61,804 bases of DNA, filler included, from Globobulimina sp. (GCA_003354225.1; 24 parts of 24 records of this genome joined end to end with filler, not necessarily neighbours in it), one strand, 5' to 3'; counted from the whole stretch's first letter, positions 23,579 through 36,121 are shown. Notes: generated from the letters alone by a model not told the origin. Program-made: numbers and translations.

Positions 23579-24852
23579 TTAATTTTGGAATAAAACTTCA
23601 CATAAATTTCCATCCCAAAGATTGTAAGTATTTAATTTACCACTACTTTTGTCCACATTTTTGCTGCCTGGTCGATTTCTACCATGGATCATTTCAAATG
23701 GAATAATTCGTAATTGTGGAATGGTAAAATTAATATATCGAGTTGAGACATGTGGTAAATCCTTAATTGACCACACAACATATCTTATCATCTTTAATAA
23801 ATCAATTTCTTGTAAATGACATAATGAAGTTGATCCAATGCGAATACTGTACGTTGGATATGTTTTCGGATTTGGAACAACAATAAATTTAATAAATTCT
23901 CTCATCAATTTTGTGAGTGTTGTTGGTGTCCATATTGCACCATTTAATCCAACAAAAATATAATTATCTTTGTTAATATCTAAATTCTTGATTTGTTTTA
24001 ATAATTTCGTACGTTTTAATTTGGATAAATTGGAAAGCGTTTTTGATTTTAATTGATGAATCAATTTACGTCTCCGTTTCAATAAAACAAAATACATTCC
24101 ATAGAAATCTAAACATCGACAATGACAATTTGTTACTTCTCAAATTGGAGGGGCCATAAAAATCTCTTTCTGTTCATTCCGAAATTCTTGATTTTTATAC
24201 CAATGTATCAACAACTTTTTGTACCTTCTATGATAGGGTTTGTGTTGATTATGTAACGTAATATCACCCCAACGCAAACCTGTGGTAATAATTTCCCACA
24301 ATGGGTTTTCAGTGTTGTCTGTAAACAATAGTTCTGCCGGGCGGCTCATAGTAAAAAAGGCCATTGTAAAAATATAGGCAGTGGTTAAGTTGTCTAAGGG
24401 ACAGTTATGCCATGTTGATGGTGATACTTTTAAATGTTTAAGATATCTGATAATCCATTGGATTTTGATTGGTAGTCTGGTTGTGCGCTTTTTAAGGTAT
24501 AATTTAAGCATCGTTTTATGGATATCTTTGTAGAATGAATCCATATAATAAACTGGCGTTTTTCCCCACGATTTTACCCACCATGATAATGCCGAGGACC
24601 ATGTTGTATGGGAATTACATGAGCCCAATCTATTGGCTCTATCATATTGCCAATATATTGCTACTGCTGGATTGATATTCGGGGTAAATGGGTCAAATCC
24701 ATTTTCTATATTGTATCCCCACCAATCTTTTAATACAGAAACATAATTTTGTTTGGTAGAAATTCGTCGTTGGCGGAAAATATCACGGATTATCAGATTC
24801 GTAGTTTTCTTGTCTCTTCGAGCAATTTAGTGATTCCATATTGCTTTCGCAT
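23579..24852 (-). pseudogene. Tyrosine recombinase with in-frame TGA (24140-24142) and a probable frameshift near 24800
   Basis: MAFFTMSRPAELL (Arg), GLRWGDI, YSIRIGSTS (HxxR-like), STRYI (Tyr). ORFs 24140-24628 and 23579-24097 share one frame. Confidence 0.75.
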
Positions 24853-25030
24853 TTATAGCTATATAATGTTGTTGTAAAGTGGTTTTTGAAAATGTTTAAA
24901 TAAAAAGAGTTTACAGTCTAAGTGTGTTAGTTTGGATCATGGGAAAGGAAGCTTGCAGTCATTATGTTGTGATTCATAGTATGTCTATCACAATTAAAGT
25001 ATTTGTCATTTAAACATTATATCTGAATTA

Positions 25031-25648
25031 TCAATCATATTTACGTAATAATCTCAAAGTCGGATAATAATCCAAAGATGTTTGTGTATCGTTAAAATTT
25101 AAGTTGTATAAATCAATCGTTTGATAAAAACGATTCCAATCAAACCGCGATAATGAGTCAGCTAAGTCATTGAACGCAGATGGGATGAATTCCACTCTCA
25201 AACCAATGGAATATACACACATCAAAAGGACTATCTCCTGAATGAATTCCATTAATTGTTCACTGCCCGCCCAATGTTTATAGATTGAAAACAAAACCGA
25301 GGTATTATCGATATATAACAATAATTGTCGGCCTGTCAATAAATGTCTATAATTATGGAGCAACATAATGACTGCATGGGCTTCTTGGTAATTAATGGAC
25401 ATTGTTCTATGATTAATGCCATATTTATTTGGTCTGTCGATGAATTTGTAAGCACCAAAATGTTCACCGACGATAAAACCGCCACCAATCATGCTCGCAT
25501 CTGTAGCGCCTGTAATTGTAATGGTTGGTTGGTGTACGATAGAATGCATAGTTACTTTACGCATAAATGTCGCGTATTGTAGCCAGAATTTAAGATCTCT
25601 TATGATGGGATCAGGTATACAGTAGTGTTCCCGATAAGAGGTACGCAT
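25031..25648 (-). CDS. DIRS1-type RNase H (C-terminal part of RT/RH)
   Basis: DLKFW, TDASMIGGG, SINYQEAHAV, YIDNTSV, FIPSAFNDLADSLSR. Confidence 0.88.
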   Translation of the reverse strand: MRTSYREHYCIPDPIIRDLKFWLQYATFMRKVTMHSIVHQPTITITGATDASMIGGGFIVGEHFGAYKFIDRPNKYGINHRTMSINYQEAHAVIMLLHNYRHLLTGRQLLLYIDNTSVLFSIYKHWAGSEQLMEFIQEIVLLMCVYSIGLRVEFIPSAFNDLADSLSRFDWNRFYQTIDLYNLNFNDTQTSLDYYPTLRLLRKYD

Positions 25649-25883
25649 ATTAGTACTAATATTATATAATATACAGCTAATATATATATTAGACTGCGAA
25701 GTTTNNNNNNNNNNNNNNNNNNNNNNNNNNNNNNNNNNNNNNNNNNNNTTAATTAATTAANNNNNNNNNNNNNNNNNNNNNNNNNNNNNNNNNNNNNNNN
25801 NNNNTTTAAGTATTTATATTTAGGTTTTATCTATAATTAGTCTCTGAAATCCTCGCACTTGAGTTGTTCTGTGAGGACGAATC

Positions 25884-26503
25884 ATGGCAGAATATGGTGC
25901 AGAATTCCAAAATGGAGAAGCTCCACCGACCATAGAGCAAGAAACCAAAGGATTATTTAGTTTCATTAGCATGCCATGGCCAACATCACCCACAGCTTTT
26001 CTTGAAATGTATGGTTGGTATTTATTGGCAGCTTTTCTATTTTATTATTTTCTTTGGGATTCAATCAAACAAAAAATATTATCAAGCTATCCAACATCAA
26101 GTAACAATGTCACACAAATACCACCAAAAAATGAGTTTAGTGCAGTTCTATTCATTTGAATCAATTCATTAAACCGTTTATTTTAATTTGTTTGCATAGC
26201 TTGCGTTTGCATGAAATGCGCGCCAAACAGCAGCAAAGATTGGATAAAATAACAAAAATCCATCAAGAAAAAGGTGAAAATAAAGATGAGAAATCATCCG
26301 TAAAATTAAGCAAAAAGCATCAACAAATGAAAAATTCAGCAGCTTACAGATATGCAACAACAGGGAAATGGGGAAAGGGCGATGAGGGTGGCAGTGGTGG
26401 TATGGCTGACGCCCAAGTTTTGCCTCGATATAGACCGCCATCGGCCTTTCAAAGACATGGGAGAAGACCAGGCGCTGCCGGTGGTGGTGGTGGCTGAGGA
26501 TAA
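25884..26503 (+). CDS. SELENOS: Selenoprotein S (VIMP)-like; intron 26135-26199; Sec at TGA 26495-26497
   Basis: Spliced product is 184 aa: single TM (FLEMYGWYLLAAFLFYYFLW), coiled coil (MRAKQQQRLD), Gly/Arg/Pro tail ending GGGGG-TGA-GGA-TAA, matching the GG-U-G-stop end of SelS. Confidence 0.8.
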
Positions 26504-27015
26504 ATGGGTCAAACATTTTGTTGATACTAAATGTTTGATCTGTTCATGGAAAGCAAATATTTATTTTTTTTTCAGTGTGAGGATATGAACAATTTATTCT
26601 TGGTGAGATGATGTGGAATATCATCATTGAAATATATTTAATTGAATTGTTCTCCTTTCTTTTTATTTGAAGCAACAAAAATTGAGTTCTTAGTATTTTG
26701 AAGAAACAGAAATAAACAAAACGTAACTTTCCCCCCTTAATAGTCAGTAACACAAAAGAACACAATGGGCAATCATCCCACTTTAGATTGTAACAAACAC
26801 CATGAAAATGCAACAAAATGTAAATTCGTGAAAGTAGTGTATCAAATTGATAGTCAATGCGCTCATTGGATCAACCGAAAGCAACCAAAGGTTGAATACT
26901 CTGTGCGCACATAATAAAAAATATATATTTATTCCCTCAAAACAAAACACCCAAACAGTTTGACATAATCTACGATGAAATATTATCAACCAAACACAAA
27001 ACGTCTCAAAACAAA

Positions 27016-28284
27016 GTGAATCAATATTTAAACTCCACCAATCATGTCATGAAATTTCATTATCACGACATAATCAGCGGATATATGCATAAATTACATA
27101 CGCACTGCGACTTAAATCACTGTCTCATGCTTCGACGTAACTTCACCAACAAATTCAAACAGGACACAATATTTTCATACATCGACAACAAACGCAAACG
27201 TTGCCAGGATCCACATCAAATGTTATTTTTCCAGTCTGTGGACTCCATTCATGAGTATATACATCATAACAAAAACGATAACTCACATTTTCTCCAAAAA
27301 CGAAACATTATCAACACCTCCGATGCACAGACACAATATTATGATATTTTAACTTCCCGCTACATCGGCATCAATAATCAAACCTATCCACCACCAAATA
27401 TATCGCACAAAGCCGTGAGTGGTGGCTACGAATCAGACTCTATGTCCACATCAACCTATTTATCCACAACTAAGTCCAACAAAAGTGGCAAGAGCAGCCA
27501 TCACAGCAACAGTAAATTGACAGAATACAAATATGCGCGTTCGTTTTCCTACGATTCCAGCAAAAAATATAAAAGATCCTATGTTGGCTGCAAGTATCCC
27601 GAACTCCGCCAAGAGCTCCACGAAGAATGTAAATTAAGTAAGCGTTGCTGGGAAGGCTTGATTGTGAAATCCAGACAATTGGGAGCTACGCACGAAATTA
27701 AATGCATTCGACATAGACAACATACCGACAAACCATTGTCAACCATTCGCATTTTAATACTGTACATCTATACTTCATACGATTCTTTTCAGACAAAATT
27801 GAACGACGTGGCGCGGCTAAGCTCGAATCCCACTCATCGGCTCAACTTGAAACAAGTCAAGAAGTTGCATAGTACATTGGGTCATTCTTTTAAAATGCTG
27901 ATTGAAACTGTGCAGAATTATGGTTTGCGGAGTGCTGGGCCGCAAACTGTGTATCGAGGGATTAGCATATTGCCGCTATTTAGTAAGTACTTGTTGGTCT
28001 GCTTTGCGCCGTGCAGTACATCGATGTCATTGCCTGCAGCGGTCAACTTTGCAGGTACGTACTGTGGAGTTTTGTTATTTGTTTTTAATTTGTACGCTGT
28101 GCGTGGCTGCGTGTGTATGCAGGTGTGGGTAATGGCTGTGTGTTGGAATTGAATGTGCCGAGCAACTCTACTTACTTTAATATGCAGTATATATCTGCAT
28201 TTAAGATGGAGTTTGAGCTGTTGTTCTATGGAGGAAACAGTTTGTTATGCATTGAACGGATATATCGAAATGTTGGGAGGTGCG
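27016..28284 (+). CDS. R-S-E clade ADP-ribosyltransferase-like protein; intron 28055-28122; partial
   Basis: LYIYTS, VYRG, CSTS..AAVNFA, GCVLEL, ISAFKMEFELLF (ExE). Confidence 0.72.
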
Positions 28285-28384
28285 NNNNNNNNNNNNNNNN
28301 NNNNNNNNNNNNNNNNNNNNNNNNNNNNTTAATTAATTAANNNNNNNNNNNNNNNNNNNNNNNNNNNNNNNNNNNNNNNNNNNN

Positions 28385-30004
28385 CATTAAGTGTGGGATT
28401 GGACACATTTTATGAAAGACTACGCGTTCATAATCAAATAAATAAGTCAATAATTGGAGAAACTGACATTGTTAAAATATTTGGAAATTATCAGACCATT
28501 TACAACGTGAATAGCAAATTATACGCAGATTTGAAGGAGTTGCCATTGAATCGCGGAGTGAATGAATTAATTTATAGTTTGGGCAACAAAATGGTTGATT
28601 TCATACCGTATTTTAAAATATATATTGAATATATTGTTAAAAAGCAAGCTGCCATTTCACATTTGGAACACTTGAAAAAAACAAACAAAGCTTTTCAAGA
28701 GTTTTTGAAAATTAACGGTATGCTTAGTTTCTGTTTATCGATATATATATATTTGATATATTTTATATTGCTTTACATAGAATTATGTGTTAAAACTAAA
28801 TTAAAATCATTGTTGGAGGAGCCAGCTCATCGAATACCGCAATATTTGCAATATTTAGTCAATATATACACGTCCTACAAACACGAGAGAATGAAAAACA
28901 GCGAAAGCGAACAGTTACTATTGCAGTGTATCGGTGATATAAAGAAAGTGTCGGATCAGATAGCGATAAAATGTCGGGATTTGAGGTCTCGATTACTTGT
29001 CGGTACATTATAGAGAGACTTATTTGGAAATAAAATTAAATTGTTATCCGCGCACAGATTCTGTATCGCGTATTCTTCCATGGATATGTTGTTAAGTAAT
29101 AACAATAAGATCAAAGAGTATAAATTTATTTTGCTGAATGATATTTTTCTAATTTCTACATTCCCATCAAAATTTAAATCAGCACAAGTAATGGCAGTGT
29201 ATCCTTTGATCGGTTAAGTTTTAATTATTCTGTACGTATTTGTTATAAATTAATGTGTATTGATTTGCTATATATTCAGGAGTGCGCATCTCGAGATATA
29301 TGAACCAGTCATCATTAGCATCAACAGGATACAAATTAAATTTATTACCGTCAAATATCATTATTATGTTCGACGCTAAACAGAAAATGGAGAAATGGGT
29401 AACAATCATTCAAAATGCCGTGGATAAACAGGAACATTCAATGAAGCAATGCAATGTGGTCGATTTAGAAAAAAGAGTCAGAAATCAGAAGACATCCAAA
29501 GAGGGAGAATCAGAAACGATAAATATTACAAATCCTGCACGAATTAAAGCGATTGAAAAATGGAAAAAGCAACAAATTTCGCCATTTGCCTCGATTCCAA
29601 CACTTAAAAAGGAGTCCAAACCAAAAACAGCAACAAGAAAAGCGCGGAGCAAAACGTTTGGGGGAATCAAAAAAAAAGAAAAAAATTTATTGAAAAGACT
29701 TGCTTCGTTGAATAAGGGAACTTCGGCGGACACAGATTCATCGCAACCAGACAAGAAAGGGAAAGTTCGTGTTATGAGAGACGAAGAAGTCTTGCAATTT
29801 GATGAAGAAATACCAATGGAAAATTTTATGAAGGCTTTGAATTCCGGTTTTGTGAAAATTACAAATGAAGAGGAACAGATGGAACAATATAAGAAAGCTG
29901 CTGCGACAGCAAAGAATTTAGTCGATTCTTCCTTGCAAGTTTACAGAGCCTCGGTGTTCTCGGATGATTGGGATAGTTCTGACAGCGATGAGTATTGGGA
30001 TTGA
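28385..30004 (+). CDS. RhoGEF (DH-PH), 5'-partial, with introns and an in-frame TAG at 29011-29013
   Basis: IFGNYQTIYNVN, FIPYFKIYIEY, LLEEPAHRIPQYLQYL (DH); LLSAHRFCI..FILLNDIFLIS..MEKWVTIIQNA (PH). Confidence 0.82.
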
Positions 30005-30161
30005 TTGTATTTTTTGTGGTAATATATATGTTTTTGTGTGTTTTCGTGAGTTTTTGTATTTATAAAAACGTGTTGTTGTGTTTTTTTTGATTGTTATGAA
30101 GTTTTATTTGAAGAGTGTCTCGATAGCAAAGTCTCGATAGAAAAGTTTTGATAAATCTGCC

Positions 30162-30863
30162 ATGTCAACATTAGCAAGGGCGGTTTTTGTTTGTTTGTTG
30201 GTCGAAACGATTGCATTGGTGTCCATAGCTGAAGATGCATGTGATTCAAACTTGGATTTACTTGAAATATCACCAGCAGATTTACCAAATGTCAGCTCGG
30301 AGGATTTAAGAGATATACTTTTTAATGTCGGTTTTATGAAATTAGCAATGGCGCCAAAAACATATACAATGTTAGAATCCGCGGCATCTACAATTAAACA
30401 ATGGTTCGGCAATGTAGATATTGAAAATCTTGACGAAAAATTATTATTATCACATTGGCAAAAACAAGATATATTTTTTGGATATACGAATCGAATGAAA
30501 AATCCCACGCAACAACAGGTTCAATCATTTTATTTCCCAAAACGTTTTATGTATAAAAAAAATATATTTCCGTTTATAAATGATACAAATGTTGTAAATA
30601 TTGTACAATTTATGATGGAAAAAACCGAAGAAACATTTAAAGAAATTTGGGATAAGTTCGATGATATATTTACAACGGAACAGTTCGAAACAATTATGGG
30701 CCCAAATCCAAGCATACATATTGCTTTTAATTATTATGATTCAGAAATGTCAGATTATAAGCAGAATGTGTTTGGTTTAAACGAACATAGCGATTTTTGG
30801 TTTATTACATTGTTATTTGCGGACAAAAACGGATTTCAAATTTTATATGGTGATAAGTGGTAC
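30162..30863 (+). CDS. 2-oxoglutarate/Fe(II) oxygenase (IPNS-like), 3'-partial
   Basis: FNVGFMKL, FNYY, GLNEHSDFWFITLLFAD..GFQI...KW (HxD motif); hydrophobic N-terminus. Confidence 0.8.
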
Positions 30864-30963
30864 NNNNNNNNNNNNNNNNNNNNNNNNNNNNNNNNNNNNN
30901 NNNNNNNTTAATTAATTAANNNNNNNNNNNNNNNNNNNNNNNNNNNNNNNNNNNNNNNNNNNN

Positions 30964-33442
30964 ACTCGATGACGACGACGGCGACATCGACATCCCGGCA
31001 CTGTTCATGATGGTGAAGGACATAAATTTATTTATCTCAGATTTGTACTCATCGGCGATGATTCCGCCAAATATCTCGATTTTGGCCACGGTTTCGGCGC
31101 TGCAGAATGGACACAATGTGGTCCATTGTCCGCTGCGTCGAATGCTGGAAATATTGTTCATTTTCATATTATTGTCCCGTTCGCGCGAAGGCACCGTGCG
31201 GTTATTCAAGCTGTTTATATTTGGCAAGTGTGGGTTTTCTGAGATACTTTTGCTTTTACTGATGCTTATGGCCTGGCGGTTGTTTATCATCGCGATGTCT
31301 GAGGAGGACCGGCCCCGCGTAGCGGCGGTGGGCATTTTGCTCTGTTTTTCTTCTTTTTTCTTGATGGTCACGGTTAGATTTTCGTTTTTAATCAGGTTTT
31401 GATTGAAGACTGGCATTTGAGGCGACATTGGTTTTTGTTTTTGGCTTTTTTGTTGCGAGATTTTAATGTTTTGAAAACCGGCTAATATCTCTTCGCCGCT
31501 TAGTCGATGTTTGCAGTTATTACATTTGCAAGAAAGTAGCAATTTGTTTGGCAAATCGGTTAGGAAATAATCAAAAAAAGATTCAGCCTCACAATCACAA
31601 CAATGATTGAATGGATAGGAATCGGTGGGATCCTGATCTTCAAACGACCACTCTGTGCGGTGTGGTAGAGGCAATTTATAATTCGCGTCAGATGCGTTAT
31701 AATATTGTTCAAATTTCCTATATTCGACATGGGATCGGCGGGCATGCGACGCCATTATCTCTTGTAAATATTTTACCGACGGTATGATATTCAAACGGAT
31801 CATCAATCTGTGTATGAAATGTAGGCAAACTGTCACATTTTGGCATAGCTGTCATGGTTTAAAATGATTTTCACTCAAAAAAAAAAACGTTTTGAACAAT
31901 GCCAGCTTGACACGAAAATGTCAGATAATTTCACAACAAACCTGTCCAACAGCACCAACTCTCGATACATTGCACAATGTGAGGGTATGACGCATAATTC
32001 GCGCATGATTAACTCCGTCGGTTTATAACCTTTCTTCAACATCGACTCAAATACAATTAAACAAGCAATGAAATCTCGCTTTGGTGACACGGTGTGGATA
32101 GACAGCCGATTAATTGCGTGGTGGTTAAATATGCTAAACCAGGTCAAATAGATCTTATCTATAAAGTTATTGATCGTATTATTCATAGTCTTGCTCTTAC
32201 ATTGCCGATGTATATACGGCGACGCTTTGTGGTACTTCCCCGCCGACGGCTGCATAATGGCATCGATGTAATGATTGAAACCAATCAAAATATCCGCTAA
32301 AAAAAGCACATACGACTCATCCATCGAAGCGGATTTCAATTTGTCAAATTCAGTCGGCTGGGTGCTATATTTCAGCACATTGCCATTCCCATTACACACA
32401 GAGCTTTGTTTGCGTGCCGATAATTGACCGTATTTCTCCATTAAACGCTTATTTAAATGCGGGAATAAGTCATATCGATAGGGAGACAACGTCAGCTCTT
32501 CGTGCGTTGGATTTGAGTCTGCGCTGCGTACAATAAATGAGCTGTAAATCAAATACGGATCTTCCAATTGCAACTCATTTAGTTGTGTAATTAAATCGCA
32601 TTCTAAGTCTACAAATATATGAAATTGCGATAGCGATTTTTTGCGTTTGCGGTTTTTTTTGTGCTGCGACGCATTCGTAGTGGTCGTGGTGGTGGTCGTT
32701 GTGGTGGTGGTCGTGGAGGAACTGTCGCTTTCGTTTTGTGTGTCGTTTTGTTGCTTGTTTAGTTTGTTTAAGTTTTTGATATTTAAGGAGTCGGTGGCGT
32801 CGCTGGTGATGGCTTGCATGGTTTTGCCGATGAAGTAATCGAATGTGATCAAGTTGTGATTTTGATACCGTATATCCTTCGAACATCGCAAGTTAATAAA
32901 CCTTTGGAACGAGTGCGTTTTCATGAAATCAGAGATAAAAACTTGCTGGTTTTCAGGCAATGAGTCTACAAATTGCTCACTGTCAAAACTCATGGCCAGG
33001 CTATCCGTGGACGTATACCGCAAATAATTGCGATAAAACCGGAAAATGTCCACGAAAAATTGCACAAACGATAGCCGCACCGCTTCCTCATTAAAATACT
33101 CATTTTGGTTCAACATATTTGATATCTTCATATCCAATTTCACGTATTTCAACAACCGTATTTTCAGTTTATTTTTGATGGATTTCGGGACCAATTGAGC
33201 CGATTCGCGCTCTTTTTTGCCTTTATACGAGTTAATCGGTCGTTTGTTGCATGTAATAATATGGTTATCCAGGTCGACGGTGATGACATTATTGGCGATG
33301 ATCAACTGATCGTAAAAGGAGCGATGCATACCGAATATAAACGGGACGGGCGCCTCTAAGATCCGCGCAAAAGATTCGGGCAACACCGGTATGAAATTGT
33401 ATTGATACTCAAACGGCCACAGCAACGACTTCATCGGGTACG
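30964..33442 (-). CDS. DENN-domain Rab GEF, partial, with intron
   Basis: SLLWPFEYQYNFIPVLP..ILEAPVPFIFG, VDLDN, FVQFFVDIFRFYRNYL, FMKTHSFQRFI. Confidence 0.88.
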
Positions 33443-33542
33443 NNNNNNNNNNNNNNNNNNNNNNNNNNNNNNNNNNNNNNNNNNNNTTAATTAATTAANN
33501 NNNNNNNNNNNNNNNNNNNNNNNNNNNNNNNNNNNNNNNNNN

Positions 33543-34412
33543 ATTCCAATTATTCATAGTTTCGTTATATTGCAATGGATTATACTCCGGATCCATTAAC
33601 AAAACTGACCACAAACATTGATCCACCAAACCAACGCTGTTAATAAGCTCAGCAAACCTAAATTTATCTGCATTTTTAAATACGTGCATTTGTTTCGATA
33701 ATAATTGCTTTGTCCACGCCGTATTTTTGTACAGTACGGACCCAGAATTTAACAAATCCATTTCTCCAAAATCTTTAGCAAAGATAATATCCATTGAATT
33801 ATTCATTTGTTTTGCATATATTCGCTGTGTGTAACCTAATATTTGTTGTATGGATACAGTGCAATTAAAAAATATGGCATCAAAATCAATCCATAATATA
33901 TAATCCATCGAGTTTCCAAATATCGGATCTGTTAATATCGAATGTACAATAAACGTTTTTTGCGCTTTGTACATTGCATGGGCCGTTGGCGCGTTTTCCG
34001 CAAAATATTGCGAAATGTTTGAATCATTGAATAGCAATGCATTTACGTCGAAATATATGTAATTGTGAGTCATTGCGTAATTTATATGGTTTGGTAAAAT
34101 CGTTTTTTCAATGTATGACATTGCTTGTTTGCCATAATAATGAAATGAGGCAATCCCGGTGGTGAGATCAGTTTGCTTGCTATTGTGTGTACAGTTAATT
34201 ACTCGCAAATGTGGTATGTGCCATGTGTAAACGTTACAATTTGATATATTGTTGTTTTGGTGCAGTGTATGTTGTATTTGTGATGTTTTGGGATAAATGG
34301 AGTTATTAACAGCTATGTGATAAATGAAGTAATTGGAGCATATAGCAAAGGAAAACACTGCAAATAAAATGCAAAGAGTATTGTTTGCTGTTGCTTTAGA
34401 TCCAGTTAGCAT
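33543..34412 (-). CDS. Type II membrane glycosyltransferase (GT34-like), 3'-partial
   Basis: N-terminal TM, NHINYAMTHNY, DYILWIDFDAIF (DxD), LNSGSVLYKNTAW, DQ. Confidence 0.8.
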
Positions 34413-34507
34413 TAGCGTTGATTGTTTTTTTTATTCTGTTTTAGGACCCATTACACGATGAACTTAAAAAAAATGACTCAAAAACATGCAAAAAAAAATG
34501 GGGAATT

Positions 34508-35743
34508 TTATATTTTATGTTCAATATTTTGACTTTTTGGTGACACAGAATCTTGAAAATCTGATTTTGAATATGATTTGATTGAGTTCATTGTTACGAT
34601 TGCTTTCTCTCTATACACACAATAATAACAGCAACAACATATATATTTAACGAAGATATTCCATGCATTTTTAGTGAAGCTATACATAAACCAAACACAA
34701 AAAGCGTTCACTATCAAATCAACTGATACTAAATAAGCAATTTCCACAATTACTGCTGTCATACCAAAGGCGAATAACGATGAAAAACATGAAAAGAAAA
34801 CCAATATCGTTTGTTTCCGAGTCAGCAGAATCATATTATATCTGCGATGGCCATGTGTTTCATTCTCAGGATTGACCATTTTGATCACCTTTATTCATCA
34901 TCAGAATTAAAGAAATGCATCTGCGGCGTCGCACTTTTCGTAGCACTTTTCCAATTTGTGTGGCGCCTCACTTTTTAATTAAATATATGGCGTCACACTT
35001 TTTAATTAAATATGTTTGTGTATAAATTGGAAAAGTGCGACGCCGCAGATGTGGCGTCACAATGTTGTGCTTTTAGTCTACTGCTATGATATCATGGATT
35101 GATATAACTTAACTGTTCTCAACTTATACACAAACAAACAACATACAAATATTGACCATATAACATCACAGATAAACATTGCTCCGATAACCACAGATAA
35201 ACTTGTTTTTTGTTGTTCAGATCCGACACCGAAAGATGAAGTACATATTCCTATCACTGATTGGTTTGCACGCTCGAAATGTACCAACGGCCACGATATA
35301 ACAATATGTGCTATATTAATGATAACGATATTGCAGATATAGAGCGTTAATATAATAATTAAAAACGATGATTTATATCCTATTGAAGATGCATGGAACG
35401 CCATATGTATTCGATTTAAAAATATACAGAATAAAAATATTTTGCATAAAAAGACTCCATTTGTACACCAAAAAAATCCAAATCGACAACTGATCACCGG
35501 TCCCATTGGCAATATTAAATTTGTTTTGAATATGCCAAATCCTATGGATGCTGCTACGCTGCAACTAAAAAATATAATGGACAGATATCGTGAATGTTTA
35601 GAGCCAAGTTTGTCATGTTGCTCATGGTATATTGAGTGTGCCCCAATTATTGTTATTACCACAACACCAAACATTCCGAGAATAGCTGATACATATAACC
35701 ATTCAGGTTGCAGACCCGTTGTCAGGGTGATGGCCATTATCAA
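34508..35743 (-). CDS. Seven-transmembrane GPCR-like protein; intron 34889-35113
   Basis: Five hydrophobic helices in exon 1 and two in exon 2; FLNRI..AF, LFVYKL, D..VN.FC..MY motifs. Confidence 0.7.
34918..35051. repeat. GC-rich inverted-repeat element inside an intron
   Basis: CATCTGCGGCGTCGCACTTTTC (34918-34939) is the exact reverse complement of 35030-35051; internal direct repeat CACTTTTTAATTAAATAT x2. Confidence 0.85.
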
Positions 35744-36121
35744 AATTGTTGGAAATGTAAGAGAAAACTTCGGTATACCTTAACGATATATTCCAAAAAA
35801 TAACCCTCACCCCCTTTGTATACCGAAAATTCAATTCTAAATTTGTTCTGACTTTGTTCTGGATGTTCAAACCCAAGACAAAGTTATAACAAACACAGTG
35901 CAAACCTATAGTCAGTAGCACAACAATACTATCATTACATTTATTCTACAAAAAAACTGTTCGCTGTTATAATAGATGTAAATAAGTGACTAACTTGTTT
36001 TTTTTTTTTTTAATGGCACAANNNNNNNNNNNNNNNNNNNNNNNNNNNNNNNNNNNNNNNNNNNNTTAATTAATTAANNNNNNNNNNNNNNNNNNNNNNN
36101 NNNNNNNNNNNNNNNNNNNNN

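Larger units (their letters stand above)
23579..25648 (-). mobile_element. Degenerate tyrosine-recombinase retrotransposon (DIRS/Ngaro-like), partial
   Basis: DIRS-type RNase H followed by a same-strand tyrosine recombinase. Confidence 0.85.

Noticed and set aside
24140-24142. TGA in a Cys-rich stretch of the recombinase read as selenocysteine
   Set aside because: The same ORF has a probable frameshift, so a Cys-to-stop mutation in a decaying element is simpler
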